This document shows, one piece after another, positions 19,973 through 30,506 of a DNA stretch of 64,000 bases (its first letter is position 1; every line of letters starts with the position of its first letter). The notes beneath the pieces were generated by a model. It had not been told where the DNA came from. It made no database searches and worked only from the letters and a program-made list of their open reading frames with translations. Source of the DNA: Candidatus Poribacteria bacterium (GTDB taxonomy: Bacteria > Poribacteria > WGA-4E > GCA-2687025); the NCBI GenBank assembly GCA_963665845.2, contig OY762492.1, positions 3,648,001 to 3,712,000 of the forward strand, in the 5' to 3' direction. Both the position numbers and the translations under genes were made by a program.

Positions 19973-20051
19973 ACTCCCCCCTTGAAAAGGGGGCAGGGGG
20001 GTTTCCGCCGTAGGCGGCGCCTAAGATTCCCGCTTACGCGGGAATGACGGC
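19973..20051. repeat. Intergenic palindrome cluster (CCCCCTTGAAAAGGGGG plus dRS3-like ATTCCC-N8-GGGAAT)
   Basis: Both palindromes recur across the window (e.g. 25625-25715, 34868-34980, 44163-44246, 55110-55175). Confidence 0.85.
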
Positions 20052-20087
20052 CCGCGGCGGGCGCGGCATGACGCTTGATCAAAGAGT

Positions 20088-20116
20088 TTGACCGCTGGGC
20101 GTTGGCGCGCTATACT
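20088..20116 (+). promoter_or_regulatory. Putative sigma70 promoter of the rplY operon
   Basis: TTGACC-17 bp-TATACT, about 60 bp upstream of ATG 20175. Confidence 0.65.
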
Positions 20117-20174
20117 AATTGCCGCGAGTTCATATGCGGAAGTGTGCCGAAACGACGGACGAGGAGTGGGCGCG

Positions 20175-20846
20175 ATGCAGCAGGTACGTATTGAGGCGGA
20201 GACGCGGACAGGTTCTGGCAAGGGGGCGGCGCGCGCGCTCCGAAGAGACGGCAAACTGCCGGCGGTGGTGTATAGTCAAGGGAAGCCGGCGCGTTCCATA
20301 CAGATTGACGCGCGCCTTTTTCGCCGCGCGCTGGTGAACGAGAACGCAGAACGCGCGCTCATCAGCCTCTTCATTGACGGCGAGCAGGGAATCGCGGTCG
20401 TCAAAGAGATACAGCAGGACCCCGTCCGGCGCGATCTGCTCCATGTGGATTTCCAGAATATACGTTTGGATGAAGAGATCGTTGTCACGGTGGATCTCGA
20501 GCTGGAAGGCGACCCTGTCGGCGTCGATCTTGGCGGCATTCTTGAGTTTGTGACCCGTCAAGTGGAGGTGCGCGTGTTGCCGACCGCCATTCCGGATTCT
20601 CTGACGCTGGACATCTCCGAGCTGGAGATTGGGCAGTCCGTCCATGTTCATCTGCTGGAGCCGCCAGAGGAGGTGGAGATTTTGACCGACGGCGACATGG
20701 TGGTCGCATCGGTCGCGGCGCCGCGCGTGGAGGAGGAGCCTGTCGCCGATCTGGAAGAGCCGACCGAAGAGGATGCCGAAGCCGCCGAAGAAACCGAAGC
20801 GACGGAAGAAACCGAAGAGACAGAAGACGATGGCGACGCCGCATAA
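20175..20846 (+). CDS. rplY: 50S ribosomal protein L25/general stress protein Ctc
   Basis: GKGAARALRRDGKLPAVVY, KEIQQDPV...LLHVDF, GVDLGGIL, acidic tail; GAGGAG RBS. Confidence 0.95.
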   Translation: MQQVRIEAETRTGSGKGAARALRRDGKLPAVVYSQGKPARSIQIDARLFRRALVNENAERALISLFIDGEQGIAVVKEIQQDPVRRDLLHVDFQNIRLDEEIVVTVDLELEGDPVGVDLGGILEFVTRQVEVRVLPTAIPDSLTLDISELEIGQSVHVHLLEPPEEVEILTDGDMVVASVAAPRVEEEPVADLEEPTEEDAEAAEETEATEETEETEDDGDAA

Positions 20847-21993
20847 GCGGCATGAACGGGCGGTTGAGTGTCGACATCGAGCCTTTAGGCTTGCTGCGCC
20901 GTTCGTCTTGCTGTTGTGCGCGTTTCCGTTTGCGTCGGCGGAGCTGGGACCGATTACGGCGCGGCATGGCGCCGGCGGCGCGGTTGTGCAGATGGAGCCG
21001 CGCCTGCTGAGCAATGAGCCGTATGTGGCTGTGAAGGATTTGCGGGAGCTGTTTAGCGGCGAACATTCGCCTGTTCGCCTGCGTTATTTTTACCGCAGCT
21101 CAACGCGCCGGTTGTCGGTTCAGCTGCGCATGCCGTCGGGTCAGTCCAGAATTATACGTTTAAAGATGGGTTCGGCAGAAGCGGCGATCGGGGTGAGCGA
21201 GAGCGTTTCGATGCGCCGTCCTGCCGTGGAGATTGCCGGCGAGCCGTGGACGCCCCTTCAGTTTTTGACGGAGGCGATTCCGAAGGCGGCGCCTGTTCTG
21301 GTGGAGTATGACGCGGGGGCGCGCGAGCTGGTTGTGTACTCTGAAGCGGAGCCGTCCGATCCAACCCCGATCGTGGAGCCGGCGCTTCCCGAAACGGCGC
21401 CGTATGCGCTGACAGCGCCGGAGGCGCCCGTTTGGACAGGTTTAAAAGTGGCTGTTGACGCGGGGCATGGCGGTTCCGACATCGGCATAGAACGCGGCGG
21501 ATTGGTTGAAAAAGAGTTGACGATGGCGCTGGCGAAGGAGATCAAGACGGCGGGCGTTCTGGCGGGCGGTTCCGTTTTTTTGACGCGCGCGGACGATACG
21601 GCGCGACCGCTTGAAGAGCGGACGCAAGCCGCCGAGGAGAGCGGCGCGACCGCGTACATCTCGCTTCATTTTAACGATTCGATCTCAACCGGTCGGAGCG
21701 GTTACCGCATCGTCACGCTCCCGCCCGCCCGACCTTCAACCGAAGGGGAGACTCCGCCGGAAGACGCCGAAAAATTAGCGGACGCGGTGGAGGAGGCGCT
21801 CAAGGAGGCGGGTTTTAAGGGCAAACGTTTTCGGCTGCCGCTGCCGGCGCTGGAGCGGGCGAACCGCCCCGCGCTGTATATTGAGATGGCGTATCTTTCC
21901 AACGCGGAGGAGGCGGGTTACTGGCGTCTTCCGCAAACCGTAAAAAGCGCGGCGGCGGCGATCTGGAACGGCGCCGCCCGTTACAAGCCCTGA
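20830..21993 (+). CDS. N-acetylmuramoyl-L-alanine amidase (Amidase_3)
   Basis: VDAGHGGSD, EKELT, LTRADD, ISLHFN, IEMAYLSN. Exact start uncertain. Confidence 0.85.
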   Translation: MATPHKRHERAVECRHRAFRLAAPFVLLLCAFPFASAELGPITARHGAGGAVVQMEPRLLSNEPYVAVKDLRELFSGEHSPVRLRYFYRSSTRRLSVQLRMPSGQSRIIRLKMGSAEAAIGVSESVSMRRPAVEIAGEPWTPLQFLTEAIPKAAPVLVEYDAGARELVVYSEAEPSDPTPIVEPALPETAPYALTAPEAPVWTGLKVAVDAGHGGSDIGIERGGLVEKELTMALAKEIKTAGVLAGGSVFLTRADDTARPLEERTQAAEESGATAYISLHFNDSISTGRSGYRIVTLPPARPSTEGETPPEDAEKLADAVEEALKEAGFKGKRFRLPLPALERANRPALYIEMAYLSNAEEAGYWRLPQTVKSAAAAIWNGAARYKP

Positions 21994-21997
21994 ACCG

Positions 21998-22726
21998 ATG
22001 CGCCCGCGCAATCCAGAACGCGCCCGCGCGCTTGAACGGCGCCGACGGTTTCTAGAGCGCCGGCGGAAGGCGGAAGAGACCGACTCTTCCCATTCCGCGG
22101 AGGATTCTGCTGAAAAGATGCCCAAAATCAATCTTTACGGTTGCGCCGCGGCGCTCTTGCTGACAGCGCTGTCGGCGGCGGCGTTCATTATCTGGGCGGT
22201 CATGCTTCCCAATCCGCCGGCGGAGTCGGACGCGCCCGACCTCGGCTCCCCGCAAGATGTCCTTGACGCTTCAGGCAACCCCGTTCAGACGCAGGAGCGC
22301 TCGCTGATCATTGCGCTGCCCAGCGCCAAAGCGGACAGCGGGGCATGGTCAACCGAACGGCGCCAAGTGAACATACCTGAAGGAAACGCCAACAGGCTCA
22401 AACTGGTCGCGGAGGTGTGGATGACGGCGATGGCGGAAGCGGGCGGCATTGCTCCGTCCACCGAGCTGTTGAGCGCTTACATGGACGCGGAGAATCAGGC
22501 GTATCTGAATTTCACCGAGGGGTTTGCAGAAAGCCTTAACAAAGGTCTCACGCGGGAGCTGGAGATTGTGATCTCCCTGGCGAAGACGATACGCGAAAAT
22601 CTGCCGGCGACGCGCCGCGCAGCGCTGCTGGTCGAAGGAAAAGAGCTGGACTTGAACGCTTCGCAGCTGCGCCTATCCAGCCCGATCGACCTTGCTTTTT
22701 ACGCGGAACTTGACGATGCGCTTTGA
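21998..22726 (+). CDS. GerMN domain-containing membrane-anchored protein
   Basis: Single TM helix, then IAPSTELLSAY...AYLNFT...ISLAKTI..N......LLVEGKE pattern; typical position after an amidase. Confidence 0.7.
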   Translation: MRPRNPERARALERRRRFLERRRKAEETDSSHSAEDSAEKMPKINLYGCAAALLLTALSAAAFIIWAVMLPNPPAESDAPDLGSPQDVLDASGNPVQTQERSLIIALPSAKADSGAWSTERRQVNIPEGNANRLKLVAEVWMTAMAEAGGIAPSTELLSAYMDAENQAYLNFTEGFAESLNKGLTRELEIVISLAKTIRENLPATRRAALLVEGKELDLNASQLRLSSPIDLAFYAELDDAL

Positions 22727-23315
22727 GGCGGCGGTCGTCGGATTGGGCAACCCTGGCGCGAAGTATGACGGAACGCGCCACAACATCGGTTTTGAAACGG
22801 TTGATGCGCTCTCGCGCCGTTATGCATGCGGGTCGGCGTATCTCAAATTCAACGCGGCGCTTCAGCCGGCGGAGCTGGAAGGCGTCCGCGTTCTGTTGGC
22901 GAAGCCGTTGACCTACATGAACAGGAGCGGGCATGCGGTCCGCGCCTTGTCGGAAACATACGGCATACCCCCAGAAAACATCTGGATCGTTCTGGACGAT
23001 TTTCATTTGACGCTCGGTTCGCTTCGGCTTCGGCTTCGCGGAAGCGCGGGGAGCCATAACGGGCTGCGCTCCGTCCTGCAGGAGCTGGGGACCGAGGAGG
23101 CGCCCCGCGCGCGTCTTGGGATCGGTCCGGCTCCGCATCCGTCCATGGCGTCAAACTTTGCCCTTAGCCCATTTCGCCGAAGCGAGAAGCCTGTCGCCGC
23201 GGAGCTGATCGAGTATACGGCTGACGCGCTGATATACGCCGCGGCGAACGGGTTTGAAGCGGCAATGAACCGTTTTAACCGCACAATTCGCCCAGATTCG
23301 CAGGCTGACGGCTAA
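22716..23315 (+). CDS. pth: Peptidyl-tRNA hydrolase
   Basis: VGLGNPGAKYDGTRHNIGF, KPLTYMNRSG, GSHNGLRS. Confidence 0.96.
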   Translation: MRFEAAVVGLGNPGAKYDGTRHNIGFETVDALSRRYACGSAYLKFNAALQPAELEGVRVLLAKPLTYMNRSGHAVRALSETYGIPPENIWIVLDDFHLTLGSLRLRLRGSAGSHNGLRSVLQELGTEEAPRARLGIGPAPHPSMASNFALSPFRRSEKPVAAELIEYTADALIYAAANGFEAAMNRFNRTIRPDSQADG

Positions 23316-24487
23316 GACGCCCGAACCGTTTTTTCGGCGAAGCGTCGAATGCGGCGAAGCGCCTCTTCTAAACGCTCAACAGCGGCCGCGTAAGAGATGC
23401 GGAGATGTCCAGCGCCGCCTTCCCCAAAGGAGGAACCCCACAGAGACGCGACCCCCGCCTCCTCCAGCAGCCGGTCGGCAACCTGCTTGTCGTTTCCAAG
23501 CTGGCGTATGTTTGGAAAAGCGTAAAAAGCGCCCTGCGGAGACGCGCATTCGATTCCGTCAATAGCGTTCAAACCGTCAACAACGATCTTGCGCCGTCTG
23601 GCAAATTCGAGCCGCATGCGCTGGACGCAGTCTTGGGGTCCGTTCAGGGCGGCGGCGCCTGCCCGCTGCGTGAACGGCGGAGCGCATGAGTTGGAATTGA
23701 CGGTCAACAGCTCAAACGCCGTTTTCAGCGCCGGCGGCAAAACCGCCCATCCAAGCCGCCATCCCGTCATCGCATACGCCTTGGAGGCGCCGTCCACCAT
23801 GATCGTTCGGGCGCGCATGCCGTCGAACGAGAGAACGCTCTCATGCGGTTCGCCGTATGTCAACCGCCCGTATACCTCGTCCGAGAGAACCCAGATGCCG
23901 CGTTCGTTCGCCGCGTCGGCGACCGCTTTCAGCTCCGTCTTGGAGAGCGTCCCGCCGGTCGGGTTGTGCGGCGAGTTCAAAATAATCATCGCCGTTCGGT
24001 CGGAGAGAGCGTCCTGAAACTGATCAATGTCGAAGCGGAAGCGGCGCGACTCTTTTAGGTAGTACGGTATGGGCGTTCCGCCCGCCATGCGCACAACCGA
24101 TTCGTAGATCGGGAAGCCTGGGTTGGGGCATAAGACCTCGCCGCCTGTTTCGACGCAGGCAAGAGCGGCGAAGAAAAGCAGCGGTTTGGCTCCGTTTGCA
24201 ACGATGATGTCATCGGGGTCGACCGGCAGCCCGCGGCGTTTGGAGGCGTCCAGCGCCGCCGCTTCGCGCATGTCGGGCAGCCCCATGGTGGGGGCGTAGC
24301 CTGTTTCGCCGGCGCGTATCGCTTTATAGGCGGCTTGGACGATATGCGCCGGCGTGTTGAAATCGGGCTGTCCAATTTCGACATGGACGATGTCGCGCCC
24401 CTGCGCTTCCAGTTCGCGCGCGCGCTTCAGAACCGAGAACGCCGATTCGGAGCCGAGCGTTTCAACGCGCGCGGCAAGACGCCTCAT
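23312..24487 (-). CDS. PLP-dependent aminotransferase class I/II (aspartate aminotransferase-like)
   Basis: GQPDF, NSPHNPTG, SDEVY, SKAYAMTGWRLG, GAFYAFPN. Confidence 0.93.
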   Translation of the reverse strand: MRRLAARVETLGSESAFSVLKRARELEAQGRDIVHVEIGQPDFNTPAHIVQAAYKAIRAGETGYAPTMGLPDMREAAALDASKRRGLPVDPDDIIVANGAKPLLFFAALACVETGGEVLCPNPGFPIYESVVRMAGGTPIPYYLKESRRFRFDIDQFQDALSDRTAMIILNSPHNPTGGTLSKTELKAVADAANERGIWVLSDEVYGRLTYGEPHESVLSFDGMRARTIMVDGASKAYAMTGWRLGWAVLPPALKTAFELLTVNSNSCAPPFTQRAGAAALNGPQDCVQRMRLEFARRRKIVVDGLNAIDGIECASPQGAFYAFPNIRQLGNDKQVADRLLEEAGVASLWGSSFGEGGAGHLRISYAAAVERLEEALRRIRRFAEKTVRAS

Positions 24488-25497
24488 TGGAGCTGAAAAT
24501 GAATGACGCGGCCGTAGTCGGTCATCGCCCACGCTTTCTTTTCAAAGGCGGCGACGCCGGCGACGGTCCTTTTCAACGGCGACTTCTTGCCGAAGATGGT
24601 GACCGGCACTTCGACGAGGGTCCATGTTTTGCCGCCGTCGGCGGTGTATCCGATGGTTCCGTTGTCGCCGGAGAACCATGCCGTTTTGTCGTCCGCGGCG
24701 GCGACATCTTTCAGGTCTTCTTCTATCCCGCTGTTTTGGAGCGTCCAGGTTGTTCCGCCGTCGGTCGTCGCTTCAACCAGTCCGTCGCGTCCAACTGCCC
24801 ATCCGTGGTTTTCGTCGCCGAAGGCGAGGCTGGCGTAGTTCAACGCCGAGTTGTGCGCAATGATCCAGGTTTTTCCGCTGTCGGAGGTGGACATGACGAC
24901 GCCTGCTTTGCCGGCGCCGATCAGTATCCCGTTTCTCTCATCAAAAAAATGAACGTCAAGAAAGGTGACCTCGCCTTCCCCGACATTCTCGCTGGGAATC
25001 CCGCCCAAGAGTATGTCCCATGAACGTCCGCCGTTATCGGTATGAACGACGGTGCTGTTGCTTCCGACAGCCCATCCGATCTTTTCGTCCAGGAAGAAGG
25101 CGCTTTGCAGGTCAACCGACACCTTGCTGGTTTGGATGCGCCAGTTTTTCCCGCCGTCTCTTGTGTGAATTACGGAGCCGCGCTCGCCGACAACCCATCC
25201 ATGTTTTTCATCAACGAAAGCGCCGCCCATGAGCCGATCGGGCGCAAGCTTTCCTTGAATCTCCCAGGATTTGCCCTTGTCGCGCGAGAAGGAGACAGCC
25301 GCCTTCTCGTCCTCAAGCGTTTGCTCTCCGACAAGGTACCCAAACGAATCCTCAACGAAATAAATTTTGTTGTAGAATCCGAGAACATCGTTCGAGTCGG
25401 GCGGTTTGATCTCTTGAAAAGCGACCTGAGCCTCCGCGTTGACATGAACGAGCGCGAGCATCGAAGCGGCGGCGGCGAGCGCAATTTTTTTAAACAT
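24484..25497 (-). CDS. Secreted YCF48-like/BNR-repeat beta-propeller protein
   Basis: Signal peptide; repeated GW.VG..G....T.DGG.TW Asp-box motifs. Confidence 0.85.
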   Translation of the reverse strand: MFKKIALAAAASMLALVHVNAEAQVAFQEIKPPDSNDVLGFYNKIYFVEDSFGYLVGEQTLEDEKAAVSFSRDKGKSWEIQGKLAPDRLMGGAFVDEKHGWVVGERGSVIHTRDGGKNWRIQTSKVSVDLQSAFFLDEKIGWAVGSNSTVVHTDNGGRSWDILLGGIPSENVGEGEVTFLDVHFFDERNGILIGAGKAGVVMSTSDSGKTWIIAHNSALNYASLAFGDENHGWAVGRDGLVEATTDGGTTWTLQNSGIEEDLKDVAAADDKTAWFSGDNGTIGYTADGGKTWTLVEVPVTIFGKKSPLKRTVAGVAAFEKKAWAMTDYGRVIHFQLQ

Positions 25498-25745
25498 ACA
25501 CAGTCCTTTCCATTGACGTTGCAGGCGTCTTTTTTTAAGCATACCCTGATATGCAGCGGTACGCAAACGGAAGACCTGCGCGGCAGTACTCTCATACGGC
25601 GATACTCGCAGCGCCGCCTCCGATTCCCCCTTGAAAAGGGGGGAACCAGGGGGATTTTCGGCTCGCGCGGACGTTTTCTCCTGGACTCTGGATTCCCGCT
25701 TGCGCGGGAATGACGATCTGATTAAGAACCGCTCCGCCGATTAAA

Positions 25746-26687
25746 TTACAGCGGCGCCTCCCCGCGCAGTACCGCCAGCGTCTGCTGAATGTCATCGGGC
25801 GGGCGGACGCGGAAGGTTCGGCGTTCCCCTGTCGATGGAAGCGCAAAGCCGAGCCGCTCCGCATGGAGCATCTGCCGCGCCGCGCTCAAGAGACCGCGCC
25901 GAGAACCGCCCCCGTAGGTTGGATCGCCGACGACGCCGAAACCGATATGCGACAGATGAACCCGTATCTGATGCGTCCGCCCCGTTTCAAGCGTTATGTT
26001 CAACAGGGCGAAGTCGGCGCCTTGATAGCGGAACCGCTCCGCGGCGCTGAAATGCGTTACGGCGCGGCGCGGATGAACTCCTCCGACCGTGAAGCGCGTT
26101 CGGTTGCGCGCGCTGCGTCCAATCGGCGCGTCGATGACGCCGGCGTCCGGCGGCGCCCCGTACACAACGGCGCAGTACCGCCGCTCCGTTGAATGATCGG
26201 CAAACTGCGGGCGCAGCGCCTCATATCCGCGCGTCGTTTTGGCGGCGGCGAGAAGCCCGCTCGTGCCTCGGTCCAGGCGGTGAACAATGCCGGGGCGCAT
26301 CGGATCGCCGACATGCGCCATCTGCGGGCAATGCGCAAGAAGCGCGTTCACCAGCGTTCCCGACTCGGAGCCGGGCGCCGGATGCGTCGTCATGCCCGCC
26401 GGTTTGTTGACGACGAGAGCGTCCGCTTCTTCATAGACGATCTGAACGGGTATCGGTTCGGGCTGCGGGGCTTCGGGCTTGGGCGGCTGGAGCGGGTATT
26501 CGATTCGCTGCCCGGCGGAGACGCGAAAACCGGGCGCGGCGCGCTTGCCGTCAACAAGAATCTCGCCGGCGCGTATAGCGCGCTGGATGCCGCCGCGCGA
26601 CCAGCCCGCGGCGGCTTCGACAACCAGCTTGTCCAGACGCATGCCGGCGCCCTCTTGCGACGCCCAGAAGGCGGCTTTATTCGACAT
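25746..26687 (-). CDS. rluD: RluA-family 23S rRNA pseudouridine synthase
   Basis: S4 domain (RLDKLV), NKPAGM, HRLDRGTSG, TGRTHQIRVH, LHA. Confidence 0.92.
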   Translation of the reverse strand: MSNKAAFWASQEGAGMRLDKLVVEAAAGWSRGGIQRAIRAGEILVDGKRAAPGFRVSAGQRIEYPLQPPKPEAPQPEPIPVQIVYEEADALVVNKPAGMTTHPAPGSESGTLVNALLAHCPQMAHVGDPMRPGIVHRLDRGTSGLLAAAKTTRGYEALRPQFADHSTERRYCAVVYGAPPDAGVIDAPIGRSARNRTRFTVGGVHPRRAVTHFSAAERFRYQGADFALLNITLETGRTHQIRVHLSHIGFGVVGDPTYGGGSRRGLLSAARQMLHAERLGFALPSTGERRTFRVRPPDDIQQTLAVLRGEAPL

Positions 26688-26749
26688 GGGTATGCGCGGG
26701 CGCGCCTCAGCCTTTCGACGAGGCGCGCTGACGCGGCTTTCTCACAGGT

Positions 26750-27514
26750 TTAGTAATTGTCCGGGTTCAGCTTGTCGTTCATGATCGTCACGCGGATGGC
26801 ATCTTTTACCGCCGGATAGTCGTATCCGTCGTTGACGAGATGGACGACGCCGTTTTCAGCCTCGCCCGTGTTCGGACCTGCCTGGCGCGGCGCTTGGTTG
26901 GGCCCGACGCCCGGCTCTTCGTTCACCTCGGTGCCGGCGTCCCAGAGCATGACCTTGTCGGTGATGTCTCCTTTCAGCGGAACCGCGTACTTTTCGTCAA
27001 ACAGTTCGATTCCCATTTCGCTTGGGGCGTAAAAGAGATCGTTCGACTGGACGAACATGGTCGCGAAGGTGAGTTTGGAGCCGTACACGGCAGGGAAGGT
27101 GAACTCATAGGCTTCGCCCTTGCCAATCGGGGCAGGATCATGCGCGCCGACCGGGACGCGGAACGCGCCGCCGTAGAGAATGCCGGGGTCGGCGTCCAGA
27201 TGAATGGCGAGTCCGGACGGGTTCAATCCGGTCAGCGGGTTCGGGTTGCCGTCTTCGGCGAGAGGCTCAAGGCCCAGAACGCCCATGCCGCCGTCCGAGA
27301 AGAGCGGCGCGTCCGTCGTATGGAGCAGCCAGATGCCTGGCGCCAGCAGCACGGAGCCGTCAGAGATGTTTTCAATGCGTACGGTGAAATGCACCGTTTC
27401 GACAGGACCGTCTGGATTAAGCGGGTAGGGGATCGTCTCGCATCCAGCGGTCAAGAGAATCATGGCGGCCGCGCCAAGCGCGGCAACCGAAAAGTGTCGT
27501 TTTCGAATCTTCAT
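26750..27514 (-). CDS. Spondin_N domain lipoprotein
   Basis: Lipobox LTAGC; LAEDGNP, ATMFVQSNDLFY, WDAGTEVNE typical of bacterial spondin domains. Confidence 0.8.
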   Translation of the reverse strand: MKIRKRHFSVAALGAAAMILLTAGCETIPYPLNPDGPVETVHFTVRIENISDGSVLLAPGIWLLHTTDAPLFSDGGMGVLGLEPLAEDGNPNPLTGLNPSGLAIHLDADPGILYGGAFRVPVGAHDPAPIGKGEAYEFTFPAVYGSKLTFATMFVQSNDLFYAPSEMGIELFDEKYAVPLKGDITDKVMLWDAGTEVNEEPGVGPNQAPRQAGPNTGEAENGVVHLVNDGYDYPAVKDAIRVTIMNDKLNPDNY

Positions 27515-27629
27515 AGGACGAAATTCCTTCATTGAACAGGTTTGGATTCCGATCAACCGTCAACATACATCAAATTACCATAGCACACTCCCGCGCAATG
27601 CGCAAGAAAAACTGATTCGGCCGCGTCGG

Positions 27630-30506
27630 TCATTCTCCCGCCGCCGCTTCCAGTTGCTTGATCTGCTCCTGCGCCTTGATGCGCCACTCGCCGGGAACGC
27701 CCTTCAGCGTGAGCAGGTGGCGCAAACGCGCCGCCGCCAGCTTGGGCATGTCAAGATACTCATACACCGTCGCCAGGTTGTAGTTCGCCGAGAGATGCGC
27801 CGGGTTCAGCTTGACCGCTTTTTCAAAGGCGCGCGCCGACAAGCGCAGCTGCGATATATCATACAACGCCCGTCCGTACTCAAAAAACGCCTCCGGGTCC
27901 GTCGGGTTCAGCTCCGTCGCCTTCCCAAGATGCTCCGCCCCCAAGCTCGGATCCACCTCATGATGCATATACAGAAAACCGAGCCGCCGATGCGACATAT
28001 ACGAGTTCGGATTCACTTTCAGCTCAAGGTGAAAATACTGCATCGCCGCGTCATATTCGCGCCGCTTCTCCTCTAACAAGCCCAGCTCCGTATTCGCTTC
28101 GGGGTATTTCGCATCCAACTTCAACAAATTCTGAAACGTCTGGCGCGCCAGCTCCTCCTGGTCCATTTCGACAAACGTCTTCCCAAGCCAGTAACGCGCC
28201 TCAAGGCGCTTCGGTTCCAGTTTTGCGACAGCGCGAAAGTCGTCCGCAATGTCGCTCATCAGATACAGCTCCTCTCCCAGCTGGCGGTATTCGAACCGCA
28301 GACGGCCGCGCCAGTAATGCCGGTCCGCCGTCGGCTCAATTTCAATCGCGGCGCTGTAGGCGGCGTCCGCGGCGGCGAGCGCCGCTTCCCGCGCTTCAAC
28401 ATCCTCCTCCGCATCCGCGACCCGATGAGCGCACCGGGCGTACTCATACTGCCGCTCATGCATTTCAGGCTTCAGTTTAACCGATACGGCGTAATGCTGC
28501 ATCGCTTCGGTTAATTTTCCGCGCTTGTCTAAAAGAGACGCGAGCGTGTACTGCTCGTCCGGCCGATTTGGGTCCCGTTCCAGCCCCAGCTTCAACCGCT
28601 CTATGCCGGTCTCTTCATCTTCGCGGTCCAGACTGATTTTTGCAAGGCGGAGGTAGGGGTTCGCGCGTTCAGGATCCAGCTCAACGACGCGCAAATAGGC
28701 GGTTTCAGCCGCTTCTGGATCGGTCGGCTCCAGCAGCTCACCGATCTTCTCATGCGCGGACGCATGCGTATCGTCCAGCTCCACAACCCGCTGATAGACA
28801 GGCAGAGCGCGTTCATGGTCGTCCAACGAAAACAGCGTCTCGCCGAGCATATAGTGCGCGTCCGGGTCGTCGGGGCGCAGCGCGGTCAGCTCATGCATCA
28901 CCTCCAGCGCCTCCTCGCTCCGCTCCTGCGCGATGTAGATTTTGGAGAGGCGGAAAAGCGCGTCTTCAGTGTCGGGAGCGGTTGCCCGCAGCGTTTCGTA
29001 CTGCTCAAGCGCCAGCTCCGTCTTCTCCCCCTCTTCGTAGGAACGAGCCAGCAAGTAGCGGACGGAGGCGTCGTCGGGATGAATCATGAGATGCTTGTCC
29101 CACGCCTGCGCCGCTTCCTCAAGGCTCCCCTTCGCATGCGCGCCTTCGGCGTATTCCGCGTATTTACGCGCTTCGTCTGGGTTCAGTTCAACCGCTTTTC
29201 GCAGCGCTTCGGCGGCGCGTTCGCGGTCTCCGTTGGCGTAGAGCAGATCGCCGAGCGGGAAGTAGATGGTCGGCTCGTCTGGGCTGATCGCAGCGGCGGC
29301 TTCATAATGGCGTATCGCTTCGTTTGCGTTGCCGCTTGCGGTTTCGATTTCGGCGTAGAGAAGATGCGCGGCGCTTTCTTTTTGCGGCATGAGCGCGTTG
29401 ATGGCGAGCGCCTTGTCCAGCGCCTCGCGCGCGGCGGTTTCATCCGGCTGCTCCGCGTCATGGTACAAGGCGCGGGCCTGCTCAATAAAAATGTTTTCAA
29501 ATACGGCGTCCAGCTCCGCCGCCGCTTTATATTCTATTGCCGCCGCCTCTTTGTCCCCCTTTTTCCACAGCAGCTCGCCTAGCTCATGGCGCGCGTCCGA
29601 CATGAAGCGCGCGTTTTCAGGCGCCGCCTCTATAGCGCGCCGATAGTACGTCTCGGCGCGGTCGTCGTACTCCGCCTCCACCAACACGCGCGCCAGACGC
29701 AGCAGCTCATCTACCGGCGCCTTCCCCAGTATCCGCTCCGCCGAGTCGTATAGTTCCACCGCCTCCTCCGGCGAGCCTTGCGCGGCGCGCAGTTGACCGA
29801 GAAGAAACATCGCCGGGGCGTGCTGCTCGTCAATGACAAGCGCCAGGCGCGCCGACGCCTCCGCGCTGCCAAGGTCGTCCATCGCTTCATACGCGAGCGC
29901 CATCCCGTAGTGCGGCAAAGCCCATTCCGACGCGGACAGGCTCAACGCCGTTTCGTAATGTTCAAGCGCCAACTCAAACTCTTCCTGGACGCGCAGCGTT
30001 TCGGCGATGCCGTACTGGGCGGGCGCGAACGTTTCGTCAAGGGCGGCGCATTCTTGGTACGCTTCCAGCGCTTGCTCGAGGCTGTTTTGGTTGAGGTCGC
30101 GCTCTTTCTGCGCATGTTTCAGGAGGGTTCCGCCGAGCGTGAAATAGGCGAGGAGAAAATTCGGATCGATTTCGGTCGCTTCCATGAGCGCGCCGGCGGC
30201 GTTTTCAAGATCGCCAGGTTCGCTCCGCACCGCGAGCGCGTACCCGAACCCGTACAGCAGGGGGGCGTTTTCGGGCTCCATCTGCGCGCGGGCGGCGTAT
30301 TCGTCAATCACGGCGTCCAGACGTTCCGCCCCGCTCCATTTTTTGACGAGGCTTCGGTGAAGTTCAGGGCGTTTTTGACGCGCCTTTTCTACATTTTCAA
30401 AATCGGTCTGCAGCTCCTTCAGCCATTCCGATTCCTCCGCGCCGAAGGCGGCTGAAGACGACAAAATCGACAAGACGCATACCGTCGCGGCAAAGCGGTA
30501 CCTCAC
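27630..30506 (-). CDS. Large secreted tetratricopeptide-repeat protein
   Basis: 958 aa with signal peptide and continuous TPR-like units (A.Y.LG..L...A...Y..A..L.P). Confidence 0.9.
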   Translation of the reverse strand: MRYRFAATVCVLSILSSSAAFGAEESEWLKELQTDFENVEKARQKRPELHRSLVKKWSGAERLDAVIDEYAARAQMEPENAPLLYGFGYALAVRSEPGDLENAAGALMEATEIDPNFLLAYFTLGGTLLKHAQKERDLNQNSLEQALEAYQECAALDETFAPAQYGIAETLRVQEEFELALEHYETALSLSASEWALPHYGMALAYEAMDDLGSAEASARLALVIDEQHAPAMFLLGQLRAAQGSPEEAVELYDSAERILGKAPVDELLRLARVLVEAEYDDRAETYYRRAIEAAPENARFMSDARHELGELLWKKGDKEAAAIEYKAAAELDAVFENIFIEQARALYHDAEQPDETAAREALDKALAINALMPQKESAAHLLYAEIETASGNANEAIRHYEAAAAISPDEPTIYFPLGDLLYANGDRERAAEALRKAVELNPDEARKYAEYAEGAHAKGSLEEAAQAWDKHLMIHPDDASVRYLLARSYEEGEKTELALEQYETLRATAPDTEDALFRLSKIYIAQERSEEALEVMHELTALRPDDPDAHYMLGETLFSLDDHERALPVYQRVVELDDTHASAHEKIGELLEPTDPEAAETAYLRVVELDPERANPYLRLAKISLDREDEETGIERLKLGLERDPNRPDEQYTLASLLDKRGKLTEAMQHYAVSVKLKPEMHERQYEYARCAHRVADAEEDVEAREAALAAADAAYSAAIEIEPTADRHYWRGRLRFEYRQLGEELYLMSDIADDFRAVAKLEPKRLEARYWLGKTFVEMDQEELARQTFQNLLKLDAKYPEANTELGLLEEKRREYDAAMQYFHLELKVNPNSYMSHRRLGFLYMHHEVDPSLGAEHLGKATELNPTDPEAFFEYGRALYDISQLRLSARAFEKAVKLNPAHLSANYNLATVYEYLDMPKLAAARLRHLLTLKGVPGEWRIKAQEQIKQLEAAAGE

